Numbered from the stretch's first letter, positions 52,710 to 62,459 are shown. The stretch: 64,000 nt of DNA from an uncultured Lachnospiraceae bacterium (GCA_963550755.1 CAUVDV010000001.1:2721-66720); one strand, 5' to 3'. Numbers and translations are program-made. Notes: generated from the letters alone by a model not told the origin.

Positions 52710-53474
52710 ATGAGTAATAATATATCTAGACGTGATCAGATTTTTAATCTTTTAGAAATTCAAGAACAAATGTCGGTGTCAGAATTAGCCAATTATTTTA
52801 ATGTAACCGAAACTACTATTCGCCGTGATTTGATCCAAATGGAAACACGCGGTGAGATTATCCGAAAACGAGGTTACGCTATCCTTCCTGATCAGGGGCA
52901 TAATTTAGCCATCCGCCGCCGAAATACCTTTCTGGAAGAAAAACAAAGAATTGCCGCTAAAGCGATTGAATTATGCCGCAACGTTCATTCTGCTGCCTTA
53001 GATTCCGGAACCACTGTTGCAGAACTCGTCCGGCTTTTGCTTAAACAGCGAAATGAAAAAAAAATGGAGCTTATTACCTGCTCCCTTTCTATTGCCTATG
53101 AAACTTGCAAATATTTTCACACCTATGTTCCAGGCGGACTTGTTTTTCCAGATGAAATCTCCGTCGGCGGTTCCAGTATGTCTAATTATTTTCAAGGTGT
53201 TACTACCGATATTGCCTTTCTCGGCAGCACTGGCATCGCCTCAACCCCGGGACTAACAGTGTCCTATCTGCCTATGTTAGATGTAAAACGAGCCCTAATA
53301 GCGAGCGCTATCAAGAAAGTAGCTCTTGTGGATTCTTCTAAGTTCACTACCCGAGGAATTTATACTTTTTGCAAATTTGATGAATTAGATGTTTTAATTA
53401 CCGTACAAACCGAACAAAATGCGCGCGCCTTAGAAGAAATCGCAAAACATGATGTTGAAATTGTACTGGCCTAA
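52710..53474 (+). CDS. DeoR/GlpR-family transcriptional regulator
   Basis: SVSELANYFNVTETTIRRDL HTH, EKQRIAAKA, LDSGTT and DSSKF motifs; divergent from the operon. Confidence 0.95.
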   Translation: MSNNISRRDQIFNLLEIQEQMSVSELANYFNVTETTIRRDLIQMETRGEIIRKRGYAILPDQGHNLAIRRRNTFLEEKQRIAAKAIELCRNVHSAALDSGTTVAELVRLLLKQRNEKKMELITCSLSIAYETCKYFHTYVPGGLVFPDEISVGGSSMSNYFQGVTTDIAFLGSTGIASTPGLTVSYLPMLDVKRALIASAIKKVALVDSSKFTTRGIYTFCKFDELDVLITVQTEQNARALEEIAKHDVEIVLA

Positions 53475-53623
53475 CGTCAACTTTCTTTTTACAAGCAAAT
53501 ATTTAAATGCTAGAAATGTCAAAGACTTTTTCCACTTCTATCATCTAAATGAAAGATAAAACCCCACCAGGCAAAGCGCCGGCTTTTCCTAATAATTTTA
53601 TCTTCTTCGTTTTTCCCCGCCCC

Positions 53624-54754
53624 TTACTCAAACGCCGCCGCCACCTTGGTCAGCAACTCGCGGATTTCCAAATGCTGCGGACAGACTCGTTCGCATTTGG
53701 CGCAGCCGATGCATTCCGAGGCCTTACCGTGGCCGCCTCCGGTCAGACTGTTTTTATAGTAATATTTGGCGTTCCAACCGTGAAAAGCTTCCCGCGAGTT
53801 CAGGGCCGCAAACATATCCGGTATCAGGATTGCTTTTGGACACTTATTTTCCTCAATGCAATAGCGGCAGGACGTACAGGGAATCAAATTTAAATCCTTA
53901 AAAATAGCGCAGACTTTGGAAACCGCCGCCATTTCCGCTGCCGACAGCGGCTGAAAATCGCGCATCACGCTGATATTGTCCTGCATTTGCGCCGGCGTGC
54001 TCATGCCCGACAGCACCATGACCATTTGCGGAAAGCCGGCCGCGAAACGAAGCGCGTAGCTGGCATTGCTGCCGCCGTTTAATTCCCGCAAAACCTGATC
54101 CGCCGCAGGTGGCAGATTAACTAAACTTCCGCCCTTGACCGGCTCCATGACAATCACCGGTTTGCCATATTTTTCGCAAACCTCGTATATCCGGCGGCTG
54201 TCAACCGAAGAGTCCTCATAATCCACATAATTAAACTGAATCTGCACCACCTCAATTTCCGGGTGCTCCGCCAAAATCTGATCCAAAACCTCCGCCCGAT
54301 CGTGGAAAGAAATGCCGAAATGGCGGATCAGGCCTTCCTCTTTCAAGCCATAAGCCGTTTCATATGCCCGGCAGCGCTTAAACTTTTGATAATTATTTTT
54401 ATCCTGAGCGTGCATCAGGTAAAAATCAAAATATTCAACCCCGCACCAGGCCAGCTGCTGCTCAAAGAAAGGCCTGATCTCCTCCTGTGTCTTAAAAAAC
54501 GAATCCGTCAGTTTGTCGGTCAGCAAAAACTGCCGGCGCTCATAGCGTTTGGCCACGCAATCGGCAATCGCCGTTTCCGACAGGCCATTTAAATAACCAT
54601 GCGCCGTATCAAAATAATTAAAGCCGGCGGCGATAAATTCATCGGTCATTCGAATAAACTCCGGGTAATTAACTTTCTCTCCATCCATGGGCAGGCGCAT
54701 ACAGCCAAAGCCCAAATTGCCCTGCATCTCCGGGAAAAATTGATTTTTCATCAT
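53624..54754 (-). CDS. aldo/keto reductase with C-terminal 4Fe-4S dicluster domain
   Basis: LGFGCMRLP, YFDTAHGY, MEPVKGG, CTSCRYC and CIGCAKCERVCP. Confidence 0.92.
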   Translation of the reverse strand: MMKNQFFPEMQGNLGFGCMRLPMDGEKVNYPEFIRMTDEFIAAGFNYFDTAHGYLNGLSETAIADCVAKRYERRQFLLTDKLTDSFFKTQEEIRPFFEQQLAWCGVEYFDFYLMHAQDKNNYQKFKRCRAYETAYGLKEEGLIRHFGISFHDRAEVLDQILAEHPEIEVVQIQFNYVDYEDSSVDSRRIYEVCEKYGKPVIVMEPVKGGSLVNLPPAADQVLRELNGGSNASYALRFAAGFPQMVMVLSGMSTPAQMQDNISVMRDFQPLSAAEMAAVSKVCAIFKDLNLIPCTSCRYCIEENKCPKAILIPDMFAALNSREAFHGWNAKYYYKNSLTGGGHGKASECIGCAKCERVCPQHLEIRELLTKVAAAFE

Positions 54755-54855
54755 AACCTTTCCTCCTTTTGGCGTACTGCTTATACTTTAACCTATCAGC
54801 CAAACCACATTCAAACCATTTCCGTCAGCTAATTCTTGCTTTTCCGCCTATCAGT

Positions 54856-55485
54856 CTATACTGGCTGCTCCTGCCATTTGCTTTCAATCCACGCCACGGT
54901 GCCCGCCACAAAGTCATCCATTTCCGCGGCGCTAAGATAGGGAAAATCACGGTTTTCAGCCGGCGCCGACAAATAAAAATCCGTAATATACTTAATTTGC
55001 CGACTAAACACATCCGCCGGATAAAAATCAAAGTAGACATTGGCAAAGCTTTTTATCGGAGCAAACCTAGTAAAAAATACAAAATTCGGATTTTTCTGCA
55101 AAAACACAAAATCCTGTCCATACCAGTCCTCTTTGATTGTCCGAATAAACTTAGGATCCTTAGCCAAAAGCGCTGCGTATTTTCGCCGGTAAAGCTTCGA
55201 CCAGGCAATATCAGTCAGCAAATGAAAGTAATACCCCAAATAAAAGGGATATTTTTCATCTTTCACTTGCAGATATTTTTGCCGAAAATCCTCGGCGTCA
55301 ATCTCCGTGCTGCCCTTTTTATACCAATGAGTAATCTCCTTGTCGGGGGTATATCCGCTCCCGTCTTCGTTCGGCACGCCGCAGTCCGGCGCGATATTGC
55401 CGACTAAAAACTCGGCATTATTCAGGTCCGCTTGTTTCTTCATAAAATAATCTGCTATCCGCATATGTCCAATCCAAGTTGCCAT
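54856..55485 (-). CDS. zinc-dependent phospholipase C/P1-nuclease-fold family protein
   Basis: N-terminal MATWIGH, GNIAPD, THW and GYYFHLLTD metal-ligand pattern. Confidence 0.7.
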   Translation of the reverse strand: MATWIGHMRIADYFMKKQADLNNAEFLVGNIAPDCGVPNEDGSGYTPDKEITHWYKKGSTEIDAEDFRQKYLQVKDEKYPFYLGYYFHLLTDIAWSKLYRRKYAALLAKDPKFIRTIKEDWYGQDFVFLQKNPNFVFFTRFAPIKSFANVYFDFYPADVFSRQIKYITDFYLSAPAENRDFPYLSAAEMDDFVAGTVAWIESKWQEQPV

Positions 55486-55558
55486 CCTAACTCCTTCCTA
55501 TTGACTTAACTTCCCCTGCCAAAAGCTTTTGCCTTTCCGCCGCCCGAACGAGCAGCCC

Positions 55559-55618
55559 AGCCAAAAAACGCAGCCTCTTGGCAAACCAAGCGCAAAACGC
55601 AGTCTTCTCGCCAACCCA
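55559..55618. repeat. two degenerate ~30-bp units related to the 31.0-kb array
   Basis: agccaaaaaacgcagcctcttggcaaacca agcgcaaaacgcagtcttctcgccaaccca. Confidence 0.55.
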
Positions 55619-55873
55619 AAATATCAAACGCTTCGCTTTCCGCCCAACGACGGCCAAGCTTTTAGCGAACCATATAAGCTGATACCTATCGAACAAGCAC
55701 AATTTTTCCGCAAATAGGAAAAGGCATTCCGCCAGTCAAAAATATCACAATACCGACAAATATATAGCCGTCAACCAAAAAAATCGCAAGAACCCTCATA
55801 TTTTCGGCAAACGCCGCCAGACTTGGCCAAGGCGACCAGCCAAAAATATTTTGTCAAGCACGCGAAAATCAGG

Positions 55874-58800
55874 TTACTCATACGATTTGAGCGCCTCAAC
55901 CATATCAATTTTTTTCAATCGGAAATGCACAAAAAACATCACAATCACTGAAAAGAGGAAGGTAATCAGCGCCGAAATGATATAGGTCATGGCAAAGCGC
56001 TTGGGGTAAAGCTGAACTACGTCCGGCACAATAAAGACCAAAATCATTTCATGCAAAAGCACCCCGAAGACATAGCCCAGTCCAATACCAAGCACCGTTA
56101 AAAACAGGGTTTCCCGATAAACGTAGGCGGTCAGTTCCTGCGGGAAAAAGCCCAGCACCTTAATCGTGGAAAGTTCCCGAATCCGCTCGGAAATATTGAT
56201 ATTGGTCAAATTATACAGCACCACAAAGGCCAGCACCGAGGACACCAAAATAATAATCACCACCACCACGTCCAGCGAATCCAGCGCCTGCACCGAGGAG
56301 GAAGTGCCCATTTCCGTTACCGACAGCACTACGTCCAGGTCAAGGAGCTTACTCATCAACGCATCGCCCCGCAGCGCCGGCGCGGCGGCCGTTTTTAAAA
56401 GCTCGGCGTTGGCGGCCGGCATTTTGCCGAACTGCTTTTGATACGCTGCTCGGCTCATATACAAATAATGCCCCAAATAATTTTCACAAATGCCGCTGAT
56501 TTTGGCGGTAAATTCCTTATTGTCCGCGTCCTTTAAGATAATCTCATCGCCCGCTTTTTTTCCGGCCAAAAAAGCCAGCTTATCAGTCAGCAGCCCGCCC
56601 TCCTCCGGCAGGATCAAGTCTTTTTCCGAATTTTGCGGATTTCGCAAGCGCTGCAGCGGATAAAACTTCTCCGCCGTCTCCGGCACCATCAAATAAATCG
56701 TTTGGGGCGATGTGCCCGCGCCTTTCCACTTGACCGCCTCAACATAAACCGGCGTATGCTGCTCAAACAAGGTCTGATCCTCTAATACCTCGTGAAAATC
56801 CGTCAAGCCGTTCGCGCCGAAATCCTCATCAAAGACCACCATATAGTCATACTTTGTCAGCTGCCCATACTGCACCGGCAAGAGATTGCCCACCGAGTCG
56901 CGCAGGGCAAAACCCAAAAAGACCAGCCCCGCGCAGCCGGCAATGCCCAAAATCGTCATGGACATCCGAATCTTATAGCGGAACATATTTCTGGCCGTTA
57001 CCTTGTATAAAAACGATAAGCGCCGCCATAGAAAAGTCAGCCGCTCCAGGAAAATCTTGGTGCCGCTTTTGGGCGCTTTTGGCCGCATCAGCGTGGTGGC
57101 GTTTTGCCTAAGATATCCATTGACCACGGCGTAAGCCGCTACCGCCGTACAAATAATGCCAATGATAGTCGACTGGACAGCGTAACTGGCAAAATAAACC
57201 GGCGGCGGCGTTTGGATTATAAAGATATCATTATACGCCTGATACACCACCTTGGTCAAAATCGGCTGACCGGTAGCCGCGCCGATCGCGCCGCCCATCA
57301 GGCTCGCCCAAAATCCATAATAAAAATATTTTTTGGAAATATCCCAATTCCCATAGCCCAGCGCTTTTAAGGTGCCAATTTGGCCGCGATGCTCATCGGC
57401 CATGCGGGTCATGGTCGATAGGCAAACTAAGAGCGCAATCAAAAAGAAAAATACCGGGAAAACATTGGACAGCAAATGAATCCGGCGGGCAGAGTCATAG
57501 TATAAAAAATATTCGCTCAAATCTTCTCGGGTCAGCACCGCATAGGGCGAATCCTTTAATTTTTTTAAAACCTTCTTGGCGTCGTCAATTTTTTTCCGGC
57601 CGTCGGCAATATCGGCCTCGGCTTCTTCTTTCTTATCAGCAAACTCCGTCTTGCCCTGCTCATACTGCCCTCTGGCGACTGCCAGTTCCCATTTGGCCGC
57701 GGCCAGCTTTTCCCGCGCCGCCGCTTGCTCTGCCGCAAAGCGCTGCCGGCTTTCTGCCAATTCCGCCTGTCCCTCGGCATAATCGGCCTGCCCCCGCTCT
57801 ATTTGAGCCAAGGCTTCGGCCAGCGCCGCTTTTCCCTCGGCCAGCGTATCCGCCACTGCCTGCAGCTCTACTTCCGTTTGTTTTAGTTCCGCTTCGCCCC
57901 GGTTTAAACTGCTTGCCGCCGCATTCAGTTCTGCCCGCTGCCGGGCCAGTTCCCTTTGCCGGGCGGTCAATTTCTCCCGCTGGCGCAGGATTTCAGCATA
58001 GGCTACCGCTGCTTCGCCCATTTGCCTTAGCCGCAGTTGGCTGTCGGGCGCATTGGCCGCCGCCTGTACCTGCATGCGAAAGCGATCAGGATCTTGGCCA
58101 AAGGCCCGCAGCTTTTTTCGCAGATCCGCTTCCGCCTGTTCCAGTTCTGTTAAGCCTGCTTGGATCCGGGCAAGCCCCGTTTCTATTTGCTCCTGTCCGG
58201 TGGTTAAGCGCTGCTTTTCTTCCGTCAGCTTTTGCCACGCCTGCTGCCACTGATCAAGCCCCGCTTCATACTGGCTTTGGCCGGATAAATAATTTTCCTC
58301 TTCCGCCTGATACCGCTTTTGCGCCGCTGTCAGTTCCTCCAAAGCCAGCTGCAGCTTTCTTTCAGCGGCGGCAAATTGCTGTTCGGCTTTGGCTGTTGCC
58401 GCCGCCAAATCGGCGGTCGCCGCTGCTAATTCCTGCTCGCCGGCGGCAATTTTGCGGTCAGCCTCATCCAGCGCACTGTCCGCGTCGTCCAGTCTTTGCT
58501 GCGCGTCCCGCAGCTTTTCTTCTCCCTCGGCGATTTTATCTCTGGCCTTTTGCTTCAGCTCCCTGATCTGCGTCCTCGGCCGGGCAGCCAGTAATTTTTC
58601 CAAATCTTCTTTTTTAGCGGCGCAAATCTCCTTATAGCGGGCGTTATTACTGGTCAGCCCCTCTGTTCCCTTTAAGCGCAGCCGGCCAAAGCTGTATTTT
58701 TCCGCCGTAAAGTTTTCCTTTAAAATAAAGGCAAAGCCCTCCAGCTTCCCCAAGCCGCCGCTGGCGTCGCCCTTTTGCTTGGGAGCGGTAAACTCCGGGT

Positions 58801-59329
58801 GATAACAAAACCCGACTACCTTAAACCGGTAGCGCTTTAAGGCGTCGTCGCTCTCCGTTTCCACTTCCAGCTTGCCGGATTCTTTTTTAAAAAAGATGGT
58901 ATCGCCCAGCTGATAAGGCCGGCCGCTGATATCAGCATCGAGCAAAATCTCGTTCGGCGCTTCCGGCAGCCGGCCGGCAGTCACGCGCGGCAGGCTTAAT
59001 TTTCGCGGCAGCGACTGGACTTGCAGCAAAAGATCGGTATAGCGCGTATTTAAATCCAGCGCGTACAGCCATTCCGCCGACTCAATTCCCGGCTCAGCCA
59101 AAATCATCTGCCGGTCCCGCGCCGATAAGCCCAGACTGCTTTGCAGCTTAATATCGGCCATTTTCGTTTCCGCCGTGAAATCATTGACCGCCCGCAGCAT
59201 CATGGGTGCCGCCCCTTTTAAACCGGTATACACAAAAACGCCCAGCGCGATCATCAGCCCAATGGAAAAAAAGCGGGTCAAGGACGTTGTAATTTCACGG
59301 AAGATATCTTTTAATAATGCGGTTTTCAT
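55874..59329 (-). CDS. FtsX/MacB-like ABC transporter permease with long coiled coil
   Basis: RFFSIGLMIALGV, long Ala/Gln/Glu coiled coil, TMTRMADEHRGQIGTLKALGY and NISERIRELSTIKVLGF. Confidence 0.92.
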   Translation of the reverse strand: MKTALLKDIFREITTSLTRFFSIGLMIALGVFVYTGLKGAAPMMLRAVNDFTAETKMADIKLQSSLGLSARDRQMILAEPGIESAEWLYALDLNTRYTDLLLQVQSLPRKLSLPRVTAGRLPEAPNEILLDADISGRPYQLGDTIFFKKESGKLEVETESDDALKRYRFKVVGFCYHPEFTAPKQKGDASGGLGKLEGFAFILKENFTAEKYSFGRLRLKGTEGLTSNNARYKEICAAKKEDLEKLLAARPRTQIRELKQKARDKIAEGEEKLRDAQQRLDDADSALDEADRKIAAGEQELAAATADLAAATAKAEQQFAAAERKLQLALEELTAAQKRYQAEEENYLSGQSQYEAGLDQWQQAWQKLTEEKQRLTTGQEQIETGLARIQAGLTELEQAEADLRKKLRAFGQDPDRFRMQVQAAANAPDSQLRLRQMGEAAVAYAEILRQREKLTARQRELARQRAELNAAASSLNRGEAELKQTEVELQAVADTLAEGKAALAEALAQIERGQADYAEGQAELAESRQRFAAEQAAAREKLAAAKWELAVARGQYEQGKTEFADKKEEAEADIADGRKKIDDAKKVLKKLKDSPYAVLTREDLSEYFLYYDSARRIHLLSNVFPVFFFLIALLVCLSTMTRMADEHRGQIGTLKALGYGNWDISKKYFYYGFWASLMGGAIGAATGQPILTKVVYQAYNDIFIIQTPPPVYFASYAVQSTIIGIICTAVAAYAVVNGYLRQNATTLMRPKAPKSGTKIFLERLTFLWRRLSFLYKVTARNMFRYKIRMSMTILGIAGCAGLVFLGFALRDSVGNLLPVQYGQLTKYDYMVVFDEDFGANGLTDFHEVLEDQTLFEQHTPVYVEAVKWKGAGTSPQTIYLMVPETAEKFYPLQRLRNPQNSEKDLILPEEGGLLTDKLAFLAGKKAGDEIILKDADNKEFTAKISGICENYLGHYLYMSRAAYQKQFGKMPAANAELLKTAAAPALRGDALMSKLLDLDVVLSVTEMGTSSSVQALDSLDVVVVIIILVSSVLAFVVLYNLTNINISERIRELSTIKVLGFFPQELTAYVYRETLFLTVLGIGLGYVFGVLLHEMILVFIVPDVVQLYPKRFAMTYIISALITFLFSVIVMFFVHFRLKKIDMVEALKSYE

Positions 59330-59359
59330 AACTGATCTCCGTTTGCCGAGCGGCGCCAT

Positions 59360-60061
59360 CTACCATTCAATTTCCTGAATGGAGGCCGGCGCTTCGTTAA
59401 TATGGATATTTCTGACCTTCGCGTCATTAATTTCAATCACCCGGTGAGCAATGGGCGTAATCGCCTGATTATGGGTGATGACGACCACCGTCGTGCCGGT
59501 GTTTAAGCAGGTATCCTGCAAAAGCTGCAAAATTGCCTTACCGGTCTTGTAGTCAAGCGCCCCGGTTGGCTCGTCGCACAGCAACAGTTTCGGATTTTTG
59601 GCTAAAGCTCTGGCAATCGCCACCCGCTGCTGCTCCCCGCCGGAAAGCTGCGCTGGAAAATTATCTAGCCGGTGTGAAAGGCCGACCATATCCAAGGCTT
59701 TTTCCGCCGGCCAGGCGTTGCGAACGATCTGCCCGGCTAATTCCACATTTTCCCGGGCGGTCAGATTGGGAATCAGGTTGTAAAACTGAAACACAAAGCC
59801 CACGTCATAGCGCCGGTATTTGGTCAGCTCATAAGCGTTCATCGCGGCAATGTCTTTGCCGTCAATTAAGATATGCCCCTCGTCGCAGGTGTCCATTCCG
59901 CCCAAAATATTTAAAACCGTTGATTTACCCGCACCGCTCGGCCCGACAATGACCACGAATTCGCCTTTTTCCAGTGAAAAATTAATATCGCGGTTGGCGA
60001 CAATGGTCGTTTGCCCCATTTGATAGCGTTTATACATATTTTTAACTTCAACATATGACAT
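59360..60061 (-). CDS. ABC transporter ATP-binding protein (LolD/MacB-like)
   Basis: [33 protein letters not shown] and CDEPTGALD. Confidence 0.95.
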   Translation of the reverse strand: MSYVEVKNMYKRYQMGQTTIVANRDINFSLEKGEFVVIVGPSGAGKSTVLNILGGMDTCDEGHILIDGKDIAAMNAYELTKYRRYDVGFVFQFYNLIPNLTARENVELAGQIVRNAWPAEKALDMVGLSHRLDNFPAQLSGGEQQRVAIARALAKNPKLLLCDEPTGALDYKTGKAILQLLQDTCLNTGTTVVVITHNQAITPIAHRVIEINDAKVRNIHINEAPASIQEIEW

Positions 60062-60098
60062 GGTTTTTCTCCAAGAGTTGGGTGAGTGGGTTTATATA

Positions 60099-60286
60099 AT
60101 TATACCATAAACACCGCGTGAGTGCGAGAAAATCCTTACGGATTTTCTCTCCGCATCACCGCTCATATAACCTGTTCGGCAAAAGCGCTTGTGCACGCAG
60201 CCGTGCCCGCGCTTTTCCCTCCAGCTTGCACTCACGCTTTTAGTGCGCAGCATTATACCATAAACACCGCGTGAGTGCGAGAAAAT
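60099..60286. mobile_element. putative non-autonomous MITE/REPIN-like element bounded by a 35-bp direct repeat
   Basis: Perfect DR attataccataaacaccgcgtgagtgcgagaaaat at 60099-60133 and 60252-60286; inverted pair gcgtgagtgcgag / cttgcactcacgc; two internal hairpins; homologous copy upstream of fumC. Confidence 0.55.
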
Positions 60287-60472
60287 GGGAAAAATTTTAT
60301 CCGAATATCAAGACGCGGAACAAATCAAAAGATTAAATGGTTCAGAAAAAGATTATTTGGTTTGCCAAAAAAGCTAAAACAAAAGTGGTTTCGGCGGAAG
60401 AATAATGTAAAAGCCGCCATGAATTTTTTCAAAAAAGTGACGAAAAGCTATTAATCACCCAAAAATACAGCT

Positions 60473-60530
60473 ATAAAAAAACGGCATAGAAGGCGGAAAG
60501 TAAGATCCCCGCTCTCTAGGCCGTTTTTAT
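60473..60530. terminator. terminator downstream of the DegV gene
   Basis: ataaaaaaacggc-taga...gcgg-loop-ccgc...tcta-gccgtttttat. Confidence 0.65.
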
Positions 60531-61393
60531 TATGTGCGATAAATCAGCGCCACCATATTGGGGCCGGTATTAATGGAAATAATGCAGCCGACCGGATATT
60601 CCAGCGTCGGTGGCTGATCAAGCAGTTCTGTGCAAAGTTCCCGCAGCTGGCTCCGCTGTTCCTGATTATTACCGTAAACCAGCATATAGGGGCTCCCGGG
60701 GCGCCGTTCTTTTCGGCAAAGCTCGACCAATTCCCGAACGGCCTTTTTTTCGCCGCGCGCCTTGGCTACAATCTTAGACTCCCCCTTTTCAAAGGTAATC
60801 ATCGGCTTTAAGCCGATCGCATCGCCGACAAAAGCCGCCGCGGCCGATACCCGGCCGGACTTTTTAACAAACTTTAAGCTGAGCGGCACCAGCATTGGCC
60901 GAGCGTGACTGATCCAGTCCTTGATATGCTCGATGATGTCCGCCGCTTCTTCGCCTCGCGCCGCCATCCGCGCCGCTTCAACCGCTGCCCAGCCATATGC
61001 CATGCTGTAAGTTTGGGAATCAATCAAATGAATGCGAAATTGTTCGGCCGCTTCCTTATGCTCCTCCAAAAACAAATCCCGGGCCAAGACCCCCGCCTGA
61101 TAAGTGCCGGATCCCTTGGAATTAAGGATTACATGAATGATGTCGGTATAACCTTCCCGCCATGTCTTTTCAAACAGTTCCTGATAAAGCGTCACCGATA
61201 CCTGAGACGAAACCGGCGTTTTATCCTCAGTCTCCAAAACACGGTAAAACTCCTCCGGCGTAATGTCCACTCCGTCCCGATATTCCTTATCGCCTACTAA
61301 AATGGTCAGCGGCAGGACGGCGATGTTTAATTCCTCGCTTAATTTTTTAGGAATATCAGCGGTTGAATCCGTTGCTATCTTGATTTTGGCCAT
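60530..61393 (-). CDS. DegV family fatty-acid-binding protein (FakB-like)
   Basis: IKIATDSTADI, SGTYQ, IDSQT, KSGRV and NTGP. Confidence 0.93.
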   Translation of the reverse strand: MAKIKIATDSTADIPKKLSEELNIAVLPLTILVGDKEYRDGVDITPEEFYRVLETEDKTPVSSQVSVTLYQELFEKTWREGYTDIIHVILNSKGSGTYQAGVLARDLFLEEHKEAAEQFRIHLIDSQTYSMAYGWAAVEAARMAARGEEAADIIEHIKDWISHARPMLVPLSLKFVKKSGRVSAAAAFVGDAIGLKPMITFEKGESKIVAKARGEKKAVRELVELCRKERRPGSPYMLVYGNNQEQRSQLRELCTELLDQPPTLEYPVGCIISINTGPNMVALIYRT

Positions 61394-61479
61394 ATATCGT
61401 TTTCCTCCTATCCTGTGCAAGAACGATGCGCCCGCTTTCCCTGCCAAGGCTCCGCTGGCTGCAAACTGGTAATTCCGTC

Positions 61480-61697
61480 AACATGGGAAAGTCAAGTTAA
61501 TAACTCAACTTTCCCATAGTCTTTTTTGGCTCTATCCCGCTCAGAGAGCGGGTGCATGGACTCCACTTTCGGCAATTTGCTTCGCAATTTGCCTATCGTT
61601 CCCGCCATGCAACGAGCAAGCAGAATGCCGCAGGCATTCTGCGAACCACCATGTAAAAAAGACTGTTCTGTCGAACATGGGAAAGTCAAGTTAATAA
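61480..61697. repeat. structured element bounded by a 24-bp direct repeat
   Basis: aacatgggaaagtcaagttaataa at 61480-61503 and 61674-61697; internal agtctttttt/aaaaaagact inverted ends; hairpins ggcaatttgc-ttc-gcaatttgcc and gcagaatgcc-gca-ggcattctgc. Confidence 0.7.
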
Positions 61698-61835
61698 TAT
61701 ATCCATTTTTTGATAGATGAACACAATATATCGCTTTTACGGTAAAAAATCAAGTGCTGTCTGTAAAATTAAATTTTAAAAAAACTAATATTTTTTATAA
61801 AAATGCTATATTTAATCCTTCCAGTTTTTCTCTAT

Positions 61836-62237
61836 TTATCTGTCAGTAATATTTAGTTCACTTTTTAGCGCTGCCTGCAGGACGGCGGAAAAGTTGATAC
61901 CTGCCCGCTCCGCTTCAAAGTTCAGCCATGAGGGAATGGTACAGTTCTTTTTCACCGTCCGCCGATCATTTTTTCGGCGATACTCGGCAAAATCAATATC
62001 CACCAAGGAAACAATACTGCCGGAAATCGCCTGTTTCTGAACAGCAGAAAGACCGGAAGCATGCGGCAAGGCTTCGCCGTCATCCTGCATATCAATGCCT
62101 ATCAATCCGATGGCGTCCCGAGCCATTTTTATCGCGTCGGGAATATCCTTTCCTTGGGTATTGATATTAAAATCGGGAACAAACACCACAATAAACTCTT
62201 TTCCTTGGGTCATAATAATGGGATACGCCTTTTTCAT
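61836..62237 (-). CDS. hicB: HicB-family antitoxin
   Basis: YPII...VFVPDF..NTQG.....AIKMARDAIG and C-terminal RTVKKNCTIPSWLN..AE..GINFS.VLQ.AL. Confidence 0.92.
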   Translation of the reverse strand: MKKAYPIIMTQGKEFIVVFVPDFNINTQGKDIPDAIKMARDAIGLIGIDMQDDGEALPHASGLSAVQKQAISGSIVSLVDIDFAEYRRKNDRRTVKKNCTIPSWLNFEAERAGINFSAVLQAALKSELNITDR

Positions 62238-62276
62238 GTTACATCTCCTCGTATAATAAGTTTGTTGATTTCATGT

Positions 62277-62438
62277 CTATTTTAGTTTGCGTCCTTTGGC
62301 TAATTCTTCATCCGTTTCCCTATGCCTTACGATGCTTTCTCTTTGACCGTCTTTCACATATATATCATGGTTCGCGCCATGACGTTTGAACTTCCAGCCA
62401 TTTTTTTCCAAAAGTGCAATCAGGTCTTTTGTTTTCAT
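62277..62438 (-). CDS. hicA: HicA-family mRNA interferase toxin (53 aa)
   Basis: LEKNGWKFKRHGANHDIY...VRH; directly upstream of hicB. Confidence 0.88.
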   Translation of the reverse strand: MKTKDLIALLEKNGWKFKRHGANHDIYVKDGQRESIVRHRETDEELAKGRKLK

Positions 62439-62459
62439 GCCCCGCTCTCCTCGCATTTT

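Noticed and set aside
34200..53620. Catabolic island as an active mobile element
   Set aside because: No integrase, transposase, tRNA target or matching terminal direct repeats found; only the compositional shift suggests acquisition.
54769..55407. 212-aa plus-strand ORF
   Set aside because: Antisense shadow of the zinc-dependent phospholipase C-fold gene.
57565..58637. Repetitive Ala/Gln-rich segment and several shadow ORFs as a separate repeat system
   Set aside because: Explained by the coiled-coil region that is normal for this FtsX-like permease family.
60099..60286. 35-bp direct repeat as a mini-CRISPR
   Set aside because: Only two repeats, separated by 118 bp of structured sequence that has a homologue elsewhere in the window.
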